Program-made: the position numbers and the translations under genes
Notes under the pieces: generated by a model
Databases searched by the model: none
Told to the model about the DNA's origin: nothing
The model's input: the letters and a program-made list of their open reading frames with translations, nothing else
DNA from: Candidatus Iainarchaeum sp.
Lineage (GTDB): Archaea > Iainarchaeota > Iainarchaeia > Iainarchaeales > UBA10191
Direction: 5' to 3'
DNA: 32,769 nt
Assembly (NCBI GenBank): GCA_030649735.1
Contig: JAUSFL010000021.1
Location: 1-32,769 of the forward strand
Part shown: positions 1-10,438 of the stretch, piece by piece
How the letters are laid out: every line of letters starts with the position of its first letter
Numbering within the stretch: the first letter of the stretch is position 1

Positions 1-1133
1 TGGACCTTGTCCATCAGTTGTTGCAGATTAAGGTAATAAGATGCAGAACAATTTTGGGAATACATGTCGCTTTCTCCTTGTTGCCAAAAGAAGATTTTAA
101 CAAGCGGAATCAAGCCCTTATCAACCTTCAATTTTTGAATCCCGTTATTGACACGGTCTTTCATTTTTTTAAAATGATTATCACCACCCCATGCAGACCA
201 GTCACTGCAAAGATTTGTGCCGCCAACAGCATACTTTATTACTGCAATTTGCCTTCCAAGCGAGTCAGTGATCTTTTTGGCGGCAGCGGCTTCAGGCCCG
301 ACTCTATAGCCAACTGAAACATTCTCTGTAGGCGGAGCCAATGCAGAAAAAACAGCGGCATCATTATTCAAAAAAAGTGCTTTAGAATTTGCCTGCTGTA
401 ATTCTGCAGGAAGCTCGTTCGCAACAGCATTCCAGCCAACCATATTTGACTGGCCTGCAAAAACAAAGACAGGAATTACACAATCAGCATTGTCCTGCAT
501 TTTTATCAAAGCCGAAGCTTTTGCAGCATCCAAAGCAACAGCATAGTTTGTTTCTCCATTCAAACCCGTGTTTTTGTACACTGCAGCCCTTAAAAAAACC
601 GTGTAGTAATTCTCGAATTCGGCATTACTTTGGTTGGTTCTGCAAGAAGAATAAATCATTGACTGGGCAGTATTCCGAAGCTCGGCATATTTTGCAAAAA
701 AATCAGAGTCAATTGCGGTTTTTGACTGCCCGCCTGCCAAAGTCTGAGAATAAACCGCAGAGTCGTGATCATACAATGTCTGGCGCCCTAAAGATTGGAA
801 ATTAGTTATTGAATTTCGAAGGCCTAGTTCTTGATCCAAGTTAAAGTTTTTCAAAGAAGGGCTAATCCCTAATGAATTGACTAGGCTAGCATAATCACTA
901 TCGCCTGCAATGCAAGAAATCCCAAAATTTAATGCAATTGCCTGCAGGTCTTGAACGTCTGTTTTTCCATCGCCAGTGATGTCAAAAGCAATGTCATTTT
1001 GCTGAATGGCCTTGGCCACTTTCACCAAGTCCAAAACGCTAATTACGCCGTCATTCTTTGCATCGGGGCAGTCTATAGAAATTGCTGGAACAAAAGGCAA
1101 AATCAGAAAAAAAACAAAAAAAATCTTGCGCAT
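1..1133 (-). CDS. Secreted protein: signal peptide + dockerin-like domain + SGNH sialate O-acetylesterase (SASA/CE6-like) domain; 3' end outside window
   Basis: Not in ORF track. Manual translation from ATG at 1133 stays open to the window edge: MRKIFFVFFLILPFVPAISIDCPDAKNDGVISVLDL...FDITGDGKTDVQDL, then VFVFAGQSNMVG, VGPE, IKYAVGGT, FFWQQGESD (SASA/CE6 blocks). Confidence 0.85.
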   Translation of the reverse strand, partial: MRKIFFVFFLILPFVPAISIDCPDAKNDGVISVLDLVKVAKAIQQNDIAFDITGDGKTDVQDLQAIALNFGISCIAGDSDYASLVNSLGISPSLKNFNLDQELGLRNSITNFQSLGRQTLYDHDSAVYSQTLAGGQSKTAIDSDFFAKYAELRNTAQSMIYSSCRTNQSNAEFENYYTVFLRAAVYKNTGLNGETNYAVALDAAKASALIKMQDNADCVIPVFVFAGQSNMVGWNAVANELPAELQQANSKALFLNNDAAVFSALAPPTENVSVGYRVGPEAAAAKKITDSLGRQIAVIKYAVGGTNLCSDWSAWGGDNHFKKMKDRVNNGIQKLKVDKGLIPLVKIFFWQQGESDMYSQNCSASYYLNLQQLMDKV

Positions 1134-1181
1134 GATTAGACAACATTTCTTGGCTTTAAAAACATTGTTTCAGGCTTGCTT

Positions 1182-3839
1182 TTATGCGGGAGTCTTGCAG
1201 AATTGGAAGCTATTCCTGAAATTTTGGTCAAGCCCTGCCATTGCGTCAAGCTGGTTGTAGAGTTTTTGCTCATTCCACCAAAAGTCGGCCATTGCGTTTC
1301 CGTCAGCCTTTAGGCAAATGTATCCTTTTGAGACTCCTTCAAACACTCCGGCCAATGATTCAACATCAACTGAGTTTGTTGCGTCATATTTTGGGGCGTA
1401 ATTAAGGCTTATTTCAGTGTTTCCATTCCTTGAAATTTTCAATTCTGGCATTGCGTAAATTAAATTGTCCTTGTTGTCGCAGCCAGGGTGTATTTTATAG
1501 ATTGAGTCTTTCAAAGTGTAAAACACTGTTTGCGCGTAAACAAAGTTTTTGTCAGAAACTTGCGTCAAGCCAGTCCAAGAAAATCCAAAAATGCCTGAAC
1601 GGTCAGTGTTTGAAGGCGAATTGCAGTTTGAACCGGGGTAGTTTTGCAGGTTTGCGTCAGGCTTGCTGTAAAAGTTTGCTGACAATAATGTCGTGTTAAA
1701 ATCCATGCAAAGGATTCCGCCAACCATGTTTGACGCGATTCCATTCCAGTAAGACATTTTTCCATTGGAGCCGGAAACTTGGATTCCTCCAACATTTCCA
1801 GTAGTCTCATTCTTTTTAATGTAATAGAATGCGTCGGCATTGTTTGAAGGCTGGACTGCGCTGTTTTGCACAACAGTTCCTTGATTTATGCGCATAAGCA
1901 CTGGAGTTGCGTTGCTTAAGTAGCGCGTTATCGAGTATGATTTTGGAGCATTCGTTGCGCTTACCCTTAAAATTCCGCCTCTTTCCTGCTGGTTCATCAT
2001 TGAAAAGTCATTGAAATTTTCTCCAGTGTCAGTGACGTCAATTGCCAGCACTGAATTTTCGGCATTTCCGCCAACTGTCGGAGGATTTCCTTCCGAAACA
2101 ATCAGCAAGTTTTTGTCGCTGCCCGGGCCAATATAGCTGCTTCCATAACCTTGCCTTTCATAAGTTCCTCCGGAAGCGCTTTCAACAAAGCCGATTTTTC
2201 CATCAATTGGCAGGTAATAGAAAATGCTGTCTGGCGCAGGGCTTGTTTTCTTCAGCAAGTAAATGTTAATGTCTGTGTTGATGTTTCCGTTAAGAATGAA
2301 TTTTCTCAATGAATTGTCATCATAAGTGTCCGGGATTTTTATTAAAACTTCATACAATCCGGGGCCTTCAAGAACAGGTTCTGCGGCTCCAGGCAAGTTA
2401 AGCTGCACTGCCTCATCAAGATGGTCCCTGTTTGAAATAAGCAGTATTTTAAAATGGCTTGAGTCTGCAAAGAACTTGAAAAAGTTTCCATCCCCGTCAA
2501 ACCAATTGTTTGTCTGCACGAAAACTCTTGTCCTCAAATGGAAAATCAGGTCATTGATCAAGTCTTGCGAATAGCCGTCTTTGGAAAGGTAGGCTGCAAA
2601 ATTTTTGAGCGATGAAAGCTCTTGCGCTGGATTGCTTGAAGGCTCGCCTAAAGTGTCGTCAGTGTTTATTTTGTCGATTCTTTCAAGCCTTTTCAATAAT
2701 TCCATGCTGAATTGCGCTGCATCGCAGTAATGGTAGTATCCTGAAGGGTCGGAGTTCGTGTCGCATTCTATTCTTGAAGTGCTGGCCCAGTCCCAATTAA
2801 GCCTTACTTTGGGGACTGCTGCAGTTCCGTAATAGCCTGTCTTTAGCTGTCCGTTTTCTATTCCAGTGCAGGAATCGGCCTCTTGGCCTTTGACTTTAAT
2901 GCTGAACTTTTTTTCAGCGACTGGCTTTATTTGCAGCAGTGTCGGCTCTGACCTTTTCTGGAATCTCATCACGCCTTGATTTGCGTCAGTGTAATTTACG
3001 TCAAGGTAAAAGTTGATGTCCCTTGGCAAATATAGAGCGCCAGGGTATTCCAAGTTTATGTCTTGGGTTAAAACTATGAATTTTTTAGAATCTATCCTAA
3101 GGCCCGAGGGATTTACTTTCCAGCCGCATTTCAGCCCGTTCTTTGCGCACTCTGGAGAATTAATGTCAGTAATTCGCATGTCAATTCCTGAAAGATTCTG
3201 GATTGTCCACACTATTTGCGCGCTTGTAGTGCGGCCTTGCTCTAAAGGAAGCAAGGTTATCCTTGAACCGTAAATTACAAGCAATGGCGAAAAAACCAGG
3301 ACATTAAAGTTTGCGTCAGTTTTCCAGTCAGAGTCTGGAATTGCTGGATTTTCAGGATTTATTGCCCATTTTAGCCATTGCACATCGACCTTGTAAACTC
3401 CTTCCACGTTAAAGTCATAAATTTTTGAAGGGCTTACTCCATCGCAGACTGACTGGCTGCTGCAGGCCGGGCAGTCGGGGACTGAACTGCACCAGTAGCC
3501 TTGACCGCAAGAGACTCCAAAATATGCGGTTGCATTAAAGTTACCTGCAGTAAGATTGGATATTTTTGCCCTGTGCGGCGGAATATGAGAGCTGTTGTCT
3601 CCATCTTCGCAATGAACAGTGTAAAGCCCGTTGATTTTTCCAATCATTGTTGAAAAAACCGGCACGACATATCCTTGTGCCATGCTTCCGTAAGAAGTGC
3701 CTAAAGGGGTTTCCCAGTTTATGTCCACTGAAACTGATTTTTCGTCGCCTGGAACCATTGAAATCATGCAGCCAGCGCTTGCAAAAGCTGCAAAAAGCCC
3801 AAAGAAGGCGATTAAAGCAATCAATATTTTATAATTCAT
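1182..3839 (-). CDS. Large secreted surface protein (885 aa), Cys-rich, function unknown
   Basis: N-terminal signal peptide MNYKILIALIAFFGLFAAFASA; many Cys and N-x-S/T sequons; start overlaps the upstream stop by 4 nt. Confidence 0.8.
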   Translation of the reverse strand: MNYKILIALIAFFGLFAAFASAGCMISMVPGDEKSVSVDINWETPLGTSYGSMAQGYVVPVFSTMIGKINGLYTVHCEDGDNSSHIPPHRAKISNLTAGNFNATAYFGVSCGQGYWCSSVPDCPACSSQSVCDGVSPSKIYDFNVEGVYKVDVQWLKWAINPENPAIPDSDWKTDANFNVLVFSPLLVIYGSRITLLPLEQGRTTSAQIVWTIQNLSGIDMRITDINSPECAKNGLKCGWKVNPSGLRIDSKKFIVLTQDINLEYPGALYLPRDINFYLDVNYTDANQGVMRFQKRSEPTLLQIKPVAEKKFSIKVKGQEADSCTGIENGQLKTGYYGTAAVPKVRLNWDWASTSRIECDTNSDPSGYYHYCDAAQFSMELLKRLERIDKINTDDTLGEPSSNPAQELSSLKNFAAYLSKDGYSQDLINDLIFHLRTRVFVQTNNWFDGDGNFFKFFADSSHFKILLISNRDHLDEAVQLNLPGAAEPVLEGPGLYEVLIKIPDTYDDNSLRKFILNGNINTDINIYLLKKTSPAPDSIFYYLPIDGKIGFVESASGGTYERQGYGSSYIGPGSDKNLLIVSEGNPPTVGGNAENSVLAIDVTDTGENFNDFSMMNQQERGGILRVSATNAPKSYSITRYLSNATPVLMRINQGTVVQNSAVQPSNNADAFYYIKKNETTGNVGGIQVSGSNGKMSYWNGIASNMVGGILCMDFNTTLLSANFYSKPDANLQNYPGSNCNSPSNTDRSGIFGFSWTGLTQVSDKNFVYAQTVFYTLKDSIYKIHPGCDNKDNLIYAMPELKISRNGNTEISLNYAPKYDATNSVDVESLAGVFEGVSKGYICLKADGNAMADFWWNEQKLYNQLDAMAGLDQNFRNSFQFCKTPA

Positions 3840-5518
3840 TTTTTCTTCCTTTTTTTCTTTTTCATCAATGTCAATGCGACAAAAATCATGAAAACTCCAA
3901 TGAGCAATACTATTGCTTCAATGATTAAAATAATTGTGCTTCCGCCAAAAAGCCTTTGCTCCGCGGCGCTTTGGCCGCCTGAAACCTGCTGATTTTCAGC
4001 AACAAGGCCTATCGAAATTATTTTCTGGGTTTTTGTGACATAATCAGTGACTGCCAGAACGTATTTTTTGCTTGGGTCAACGCGGATTATTCTTGAAATG
4101 CAGTCTTTGCCTGCAAGGTTTTCCACGCTCACAAAATCCTGCATGCTTTCGCTCAATAATTGGTAGTTTGCATTGATTTCCTGGCCTGAAGGAAGAGTGC
4201 AGAATTTCATTTCAACTTCAGAATTGTCCCTGCTCCTGATTGCAGTTGAATCTAGAGAATAATTAATGATTTTTGAAAACTTGCTTGAGTCGTAAACAAC
4301 GCAATAACTGTCAAAAGTAACGCCCGACTTTTCAATCGCTTCGCAGACTTTATAGTTCAAAATCTCTTTTTGCGGCACAAACTCGAACTTGCTTGCAATG
4401 AAATTTATTTTATAATCAATCAATGGAATTTGCTCTGTCTTTTGCAGGAGAATTTCTCCAGTCTTCAAGTCTTGGACGCTGAATTTTAGCGAAAAATTCC
4501 TGAACTCTGGCCTTAGCCAATGGTCGGCGCCTGGGGAAATTACAGAATAGAACTCAGTGTTTTTTCCAGGCAGCAATTCAACGTTTTGGGAATATAATTT
4601 CCTGATCCTAGCGCTTTCTCCAACAACAACTGCCCTATTCCTGTACAATGAAATCAATTGCCCGTCCGCTTTTTTCACTTCAAGCCTTATTGAGTAAGCG
4701 TCAGGCCTTGAAGGCGCCTGCAGTGTAATGTCCGCTTCTGCGGTTGAGTTTGCATTGATTGAGCCAATTACTGCCTTGCCTTGTGAAAGGAAAGAACTGC
4801 AGAAAGTGTCATCCCAAACGCATAATGAGGCAGTGACTTCAACATTGCTTAATGCCTGGCCTGTAGTGTTTTGGACAAACACTTTTCCATTGATTGCGGC
4901 TCCTGGCTTTGTCGGAGGCCCTATAGGCCCTATTCCTGCCGGTTCTGGATTTCCGGAAGGATTTGGCCCTTCAACAGTCAGAATATTTTCCGAGTCCTTG
5001 AATTCTGTCGTGGCGCGCAGGATTTTTGCTTCGGGAAACCCTTGGCTTTTCGCGGAGTTTTTCACTGTGAACTGCTTGGCTTTTGCGCCGAGGAAAATGT
5101 GGGCCAGTCCAACAATTGCGCTTCTTTCAGTCCTGAAGTATGCGTCAATCCTGTAGTCTCCGGCACTCAAGTTTTCTGGAAGCTTGTATGAAAAATTGAT
5201 TTTTTTGCTTTCTGCGGCGCGCAGGTTTATTCCATCAAAGCTTTGTTCGAAGAAAATATTGTCTGCGCTTAAAGTGCTTGGGTAGTAAGGCTGTCCGCCC
5301 TTTGCCAATTCCACAACGACTTTGGCTTCGGCTATTGGAAAATTTTCCATGCTCAATACAGTAATTTCTGCATTGATGGTTTCTCCAGCAGTGTATTGTG
5401 TTTTTTCAATGCTTAAAATCAGGTCTCCGTTGACTTGCGAAGAGTCTGAAGTTGCAGCAAGCGCAAACGCCGCAAAAAACAGCGCGAAAAAGAAAATCGA
5501 AAATTTTTTGGAATTCAT
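3836..5518 (-). CDS. Type I membrane-anchored surface protein with probable Ig-like beta-sandwich domains
   Basis: Likely start MNSKKFSIFFFALFFAAFALA at 5518 (track start 5542 overlaps the upstream gene); YTAGETINAEITV and LSAGDYRIDA strands; C-terminal TM helix followed by KKKKRKKK. Confidence 0.8.
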   Translation of the reverse strand: MNSKKFSIFFFALFFAAFALAATSDSSQVNGDLILSIEKTQYTAGETINAEITVLSMENFPIAEAKVVVELAKGGQPYYPSTLSADNIFFEQSFDGINLRAAESKKINFSYKLPENLSAGDYRIDAYFRTERSAIVGLAHIFLGAKAKQFTVKNSAKSQGFPEAKILRATTEFKDSENILTVEGPNPSGNPEPAGIGPIGPPTKPGAAINGKVFVQNTTGQALSNVEVTASLCVWDDTFCSSFLSQGKAVIGSINANSTAEADITLQAPSRPDAYSIRLEVKKADGQLISLYRNRAVVVGESARIRKLYSQNVELLPGKNTEFYSVISPGADHWLRPEFRNFSLKFSVQDLKTGEILLQKTEQIPLIDYKINFIASKFEFVPQKEILNYKVCEAIEKSGVTFDSYCVVYDSSKFSKIINYSLDSTAIRSRDNSEVEMKFCTLPSGQEINANYQLLSESMQDFVSVENLAGKDCISRIIRVDPSKKYVLAVTDYVTKTQKIISIGLVAENQQVSGGQSAAEQRLFGGSTIILIIEAIVLLIGVFMIFVALTLMKKKKRKKK

Positions 5519-5528
5519 AAAAGCACCA

Positions 5529-8500
5529 TTAATCCCTTCCATTCCTCTTCAAGACATAATCATCCACTGAAAGCACTGAATATCCTTCCCCAGTCCATGA
5601 GACATTGTGCAGTGTCAAAGGAATTCTCTGCGCCTGGTTTGGCGCAGTGCCTATTATTTGCAGGCTTCTTGCAGCGCCATAATATGAGGCAAAGGCGTAA
5701 AGCTTGTCGCCAGCGTCATTTCCCCTAATCCAAGTGTCAACTTTAGGGTCGCTTGCAATCACTGTGAAATTCACGTCCATTATTGCGCCGCCGGCATAAG
5801 GAGAGCCGGGGAAATTTTTAATGCTTTCAATGCCATAAGCCATTTCACCCAAGGTAGTCTGCAATTGCCTGCCTGGAATTGCCTGCCCTTGAGGAGACCC
5901 ATTTGGGAAGTCAATGCTAAAATGATTCCATTCACTAACATATGAGCCTTGCGCAATAAGCCCGTTAATATCATAATAAACGTAAGAGTCACTGTGAGGA
6001 TTCATTATTTTTGCAGTGATTGTATCGATTGAGTTTTTGTCAAGTGCTGAAAGCCCTGAAAGATCCAAGTCAAAAGAGCCTAACGTACAGCTTCCTGCAA
6101 TAACTTGCCGCCCGTCCGACTGAGTGCAAGGATTTTTAACTTCCTTATCCATCTTGCAGCGAGTCACTGGAGGAATTCCAACTGATTCAGTAATGCAATT
6201 TATTGTTTTTTCAGTTCCATCCTTGAATTTTATCTTGATTGCTGGATCAGTCACCAATGCAATGTTTACATCATCGCTCACGTAAGTTTTGAACTTGATT
6301 TCATTCACTGCAGTTACTCTTTCATAAATGTGCGGGTCTGGATCCGTTGGCAATGGCGCAGTAATATAGTCATCAAAAGTCTCAAAATTGTTTGTCGCTG
6401 ATTCTGCTTTCACGCTGAAATAATATCGTCCAGGGGCAAAAGTTCTTGCAGGAACTTTAGTGTATTCCAGAACATCGGCCCTTATGTGCCAATCGAATGT
6501 TACTGGAATTCCTGCAGCGTCACCCAACGAGCCAATGAACGCAAGGAGTTTCGGGTCTTCGGAAATTGAAAATACGGGAACATTAGGGTCTGTATTGGGG
6601 CTTATATAACAGTAATTGTCAACTGCGTTTTCATCGTCAGTTGCTGTTGAAAGGTCAAAGTCTGTCTTTCCAGCGGCAAAGCAAGTGTTAGGGTATTGCG
6701 GATAATCGGCATAAACGATAAATTCCCTGCCTTGCTTCCAAGCCCCGTTTGCCGCATACTTGATTTCTGGATAGATTGGAAACTGGCCTGAAATTCCGTC
6801 AGGAATTCTTCCATCAAGGCTTACTGTAATTATGCTGCTGCTGGCATCAACAGCAATTGTTCCAACGCTTATTGTGGGATTTGTTGGATTTGCCGCGGGG
6901 GTTATTGAAAGCCTGACTCTCTCGCCATTGCCTGCATCAAACCCGTTCCTTAATTGTAGAATTATGCTTGAAGCGCAATTGTTGTTTTTCACTTTGAAAG
7001 TTCCAGTTTTGCCTGTTTTGGAGTCAAGGCACATTTTTGAGGCGTCAAAAGAGCAAGGGTTTGAATTCTCAATGAATTGCACGCAGGAAAGCTCGTCAGC
7101 CAATAGGCCTGGAACATTAGAGAATTGAATGTTATAGATTGCACTTGCCTCATAGCCTGGCATTTGATCAACTTGAACAACCAAAAACTTGCCAGTATCA
7201 TACCCATTAGACAAAGTTATTGAAGCAACGCCAGTAGAGTCTGTTTTAGGCTGTGGCATGTTTGGGTCATTATCCCCAAAAGAATTCAGTATTGGATTGT
7301 CAGCGACTTTCATTTTAATGGAAGCGTTTTGGACCCTGCTGCCGGTTATGGCGTCTGAAACAATGATTTGAAATTGCTGGTTAGCTGCGCTTGCAGTCAA
7401 AAAAGCAGGCACTGACACTGAATACCTGCTTGCGTTAATGTCAAAGTAAACGAAAGTGTTAGTGTCAGACATTGTTTCATCCAATGGCTTCAAGACAAGC
7501 AAAAGCTTTGTGTTTGTTTTCGAGACGCCTTTGATTTGAACGCTTAATTGCGGGGTTGATGTTTCATTTGCCAGCACTGAAAGGCCGCCCAGACTGTTCG
7601 GCACAATGTTTTCCGCAAAAGTCTTTTCTGGCGGAGTGCCAAAATCCAGTGCCTGGTTGTCTGTTGTAAAGTTTGCGTCAATGTCCGGCGGCGAACTCAA
7701 GTTTCGGCCACTTCGGTTTGTTATCTTGTAAAGAAAATTGTAATTCTGGTTGTAGTTCAGGTCAAACGCGTCATTGCTTTTTGGAGTCAAGTACGCTGTT
7801 GAATCCGGCTCGCAAGTGCCATCGCCGCTAGGCGAAGCCCTGCAGACTGCAAGCTCGTACTCAAACTTCGGGCAGTCTGTCCTGCAAAACAATTCGCCTA
7901 AAGTAAAGTAATCGCTTCTTTCCTGGAGATTCTTTGAGTCCGACTTTGCATTGTAGTAAAAATCAAGCCTTATTTTGGCGGCTGGCTGGCTTGGGTTTTG
8001 AAGCTTTTTGACGCGCACATTAACGCAAATTGAAGTCGAGCCAGTGGCCAAATTGCCTGTTGAAAAATTCACTTGCTTTGCAAAATAAAGTATTCCATCA
8101 ACAGTGCCATTCTGGTCTGGATAGTTTGCTGAAAGGACTGGAAAATAGTTTGGAGGCAGGCCGCTTTTAATGTCCATGTTCAATCCGGTCGCATTTGGAA
8201 TTGAATTAAGGCCGCTCCTGAAATGGGCAGTGACATTGCTTTGGCCTGCTGATTCTGGAACCACAATGTCAAAAATCAGGCCGTAAACTTTTTCCTGGTT
8301 TACTGCAATTTGAGCCGGCTTTGTGTCCCCAGAGACTATGACGCATCCTTCAGGGAATAATTCCCTCCTTAAAGTGATGTTGAATTCTGGATTGTCTGCA
8401 GGATTCTGCAAAACAACATTCACCAGAGTCGGATGCGCAGCATCGCTCCTGTAAAGCCTGCTGACTATTTGAGTGTAAGGCAAAAAATTGCCTTTGGTAA

Positions 8501-10343
8501 CCAAAATCTTGACTTTCTTGTCAACCCTGAAGTATGCTGGAGTCGTGGTCTCTCCGGCAGCATTTGTTCTTGCAGTGAATTTTGCATTAACGTCAAAAGT
8601 GTCAGCGCTTATTGACTCATAAAAGAAAACATTAGCGTCGCTTACTGGAACGCCTGCCTTGTCAACGACCTTGACTTTCAAGTTTGCGATTCCCAGGCTT
8701 AAAGTCACATTCAAGTCCAAAACTTGGCCAAGCTCCAGCCCGTCAGGGCCTGCAAGCCCGTTGGCGTCAACAGACTGGCTGTTTAAAGTGTAAGTTTTTT
8801 CAGCGTACGCAATGTAATCGCCGCTTTCAAAATTCTCGTTCCCAAAATTAGTGAACCCTTTGTCGTCAGTCCTGCTGATCCATGGAACAAACATTCCGCC
8901 ATCTGCTGAAGTGTTGTACAATTTTACCAACGCGTCTGAAACAAGCCCTTGCGTGCCGTTTCTTTCAACCTCGCTTTTAACAAAAACATGGATGTTTCCA
9001 TAATTTCTTGGAGTTTCTGTCGCCTTGAAAAGCAGGACTCTTGTAAAATTCGCGTCAGTAGGGCTTCTTGGCAAAACCTGCAGTGTTTTTGAAACAAAGC
9101 CGGCCAGGCTAATCCGTGCGTAGTATAATTTTCCATTCCTTGCGCCGCCAATAACCACTTTTCCCTCTTCATTTGTTATCATTGGGGAAGCCTGAAATGA
9201 GCCTGCCAGCGAATAATAAACTGAAGCGCCTGAAAGAGGCAATAGATTGTTCGCGTCCAAAACCTGGATTTTCAGGTTTTTTTCATCAGATGGCGGAATT
9301 CTGGAAAGCAAAATAGTGGCTTCCGCGGTTTTTCCGACTTCAACCGCAATCAATGAAGTTTCGTTCGAGTCAAAAGCCCTATTAATGTCGTCAGCAGCTG
9401 AAACAAAGTAGTTTCCCGGAGTTTCTTCAAAAACAAAGCTTCCAGCCTCGTCAGTCCTTCCAGTCTGCTTTGGAGTTGTCCTGTCATTCTTATATAGTGT
9501 GAGCGCAAAATTTCCAAGCAATGCATTGGTTGCCTTGTCCCTTACAAAAACCTTGAGTTTTCCTTTCTGCGGAGGTTCTGGATTCATGTCAAAAAAAGTC
9601 AAGTCATCAACCAGCGGCTTTGTCACTGGCAAATAACCCAGGATTTCAACGCTTGCTTCAATGGCTCCACAGCCATTAAGCTCTGTTGGAGTCACGACAA
9701 TGTCTGTGGTGCTTAAAGCGTCCTTGGTTTTTGAAAGAATGGATTTTCCGCTAGAGCAGGAAAAGCTTGCTTCGATTTTTTGATTGTCAATTCTTGGCTT
9801 TCTTGGAAGCGAGGCATCTCTCACAATGATTTTCTTTTCAGCAAGGGGCAAAATAACCTGTTTTTTTTCAAGCTTTAATATTATAGTGCTTGTGTCAATC
9901 GTGATTTTTTCAGGGCTTGGGCTTTTGTAATCCAAAAAGCCTTCCTTTTTGACAAAAAACGCAAAATTCAGGTTTCCTGAAAGCTTTTCAATAGTGAAAG
10001 TTCCGTCAGGGCCAGTAACTGAATTGCCTGAAAGCATTGCCGCAGCGCCTTCAATGCCATAATTATAATCCACCCTGACTCCAGAAACAGGGTTTTTTGA
10101 GGAAAGCTCCAGCACTTTCACGGTTATTGAATACTGCGGCGATGAAAAGAACAAAAGCCAGAAAATTCCCAAAAACAAAAGCAAAATCACAAGGCAAAAG
10201 ACTGCAAAGCTTGGAATGACTTCATCAATCGGGTCAATTACCTTGTATATTGGAACGCCTTTGGCCTCAATCCAGTCCAAGGCAGAATAATACCTGTCTT
10301 CCAAGGAATAATAAAAGTCCTTCAAAGCCCCGACAAAGTCCAT
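5529..10343 (-). CDS. Giant N-terminally anchored surface protein (1604 aa) with repeated carboxypeptidase-regulatory-like (prealbumin-like) domains
   Basis: TM helix at about aa 46-66; about six repeats of type LKVxVxD...PxSxAxV...TDxxG (e.g. LKIQVLDANNLLPLSGASV..TNEEG, LKVKVVDKAGVPVSDANV..TNAAG); Cys pairs in the C-terminal half. Confidence 0.8.
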   Translation of the reverse strand: MDFVGALKDFYYSLEDRYYSALDWIEAKGVPIYKVIDPIDEVIPSFAVFCLVILLLFLGIFWLLFFSSPQYSITVKVLELSSKNPVSGVRVDYNYGIEGAAAMLSGNSVTGPDGTFTIEKLSGNLNFAFFVKKEGFLDYKSPSPEKITIDTSTIILKLEKKQVILPLAEKKIIVRDASLPRKPRIDNQKIEASFSCSSGKSILSKTKDALSTTDIVVTPTELNGCGAIEASVEILGYLPVTKPLVDDLTFFDMNPEPPQKGKLKVFVRDKATNALLGNFALTLYKNDRTTPKQTGRTDEAGSFVFEETPGNYFVSAADDINRAFDSNETSLIAVEVGKTAEATILLSRIPPSDEKNLKIQVLDANNLLPLSGASVYYSLAGSFQASPMITNEEGKVVIGGARNGKLYYARISLAGFVSKTLQVLPRSPTDANFTRVLLFKATETPRNYGNIHVFVKSEVERNGTQGLVSDALVKLYNTSADGGMFVPWISRTDDKGFTNFGNENFESGDYIAYAEKTYTLNSQSVDANGLAGPDGLELGQVLDLNVTLSLGIANLKVKVVDKAGVPVSDANVFFYESISADTFDVNAKFTARTNAAGETTTPAYFRVDKKVKILVTKGNFLPYTQIVSRLYRSDAAHPTLVNVVLQNPADNPEFNITLRRELFPEGCVIVSGDTKPAQIAVNQEKVYGLIFDIVVPESAGQSNVTAHFRSGLNSIPNATGLNMDIKSGLPPNYFPVLSANYPDQNGTVDGILYFAKQVNFSTGNLATGSTSICVNVRVKKLQNPSQPAAKIRLDFYYNAKSDSKNLQERSDYFTLGELFCRTDCPKFEYELAVCRASPSGDGTCEPDSTAYLTPKSNDAFDLNYNQNYNFLYKITNRSGRNLSSPPDIDANFTTDNQALDFGTPPEKTFAENIVPNSLGGLSVLANETSTPQLSVQIKGVSKTNTKLLLVLKPLDETMSDTNTFVYFDINASRYSVSVPAFLTASAANQQFQIIVSDAITGSRVQNASIKMKVADNPILNSFGDNDPNMPQPKTDSTGVASITLSNGYDTGKFLVVQVDQMPGYEASAIYNIQFSNVPGLLADELSCVQFIENSNPCSFDASKMCLDSKTGKTGTFKVKNNNCASSIILQLRNGFDAGNGERVRLSITPAANPTNPTISVGTIAVDASSSIITVSLDGRIPDGISGQFPIYPEIKYAANGAWKQGREFIVYADYPQYPNTCFAAGKTDFDLSTATDDENAVDNYCYISPNTDPNVPVFSISEDPKLLAFIGSLGDAAGIPVTFDWHIRADVLEYTKVPARTFAPGRYYFSVKAESATNNFETFDDYITAPLPTDPDPHIYERVTAVNEIKFKTYVSDDVNIALVTDPAIKIKFKDGTEKTINCITESVGIPPVTRCKMDKEVKNPCTQSDGRQVIAGSCTLGSFDLDLSGLSALDKNSIDTITAKIMNPHSDSYVYYDINGLIAQGSYVSEWNHFSIDFPNGSPQGQAIPGRQLQTTLGEMAYGIESIKNFPGSPYAGGAIMDVNFTVIASDPKVDTWIRGNDAGDKLYAFASYYGAARSLQIIGTAPNQAQRIPLTLHNVSWTGEGYSVLSVDDYVLKRNGRD

Positions 10344-10398
10344 TCAATTTCAACTCTAAAAAATGCCTGAATATTGCTTTAGAACAAGTATTTCCAGT

Positions 10399-10406
10399 TT
10401 TATAAA
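10399..10406 (-). promoter_or_regulatory. TATA-box candidate for the surface-protein gene cluster
   Basis: TTTATAAA about 55 nt upstream of the ATG at 10343. Confidence 0.5.
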
Positions 10407-10438
10407 CCTTTCGCGGAAACAATGGGCGGAATTAAAGT

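Noticed and set aside
18-1260. Four + strand ORFs in the track (18-317, 389-805, 951-1139, 1006-1260)
   Set aside because: Antisense shadows of the real minus-strand dockerin/esterase gene, which has clear motifs.
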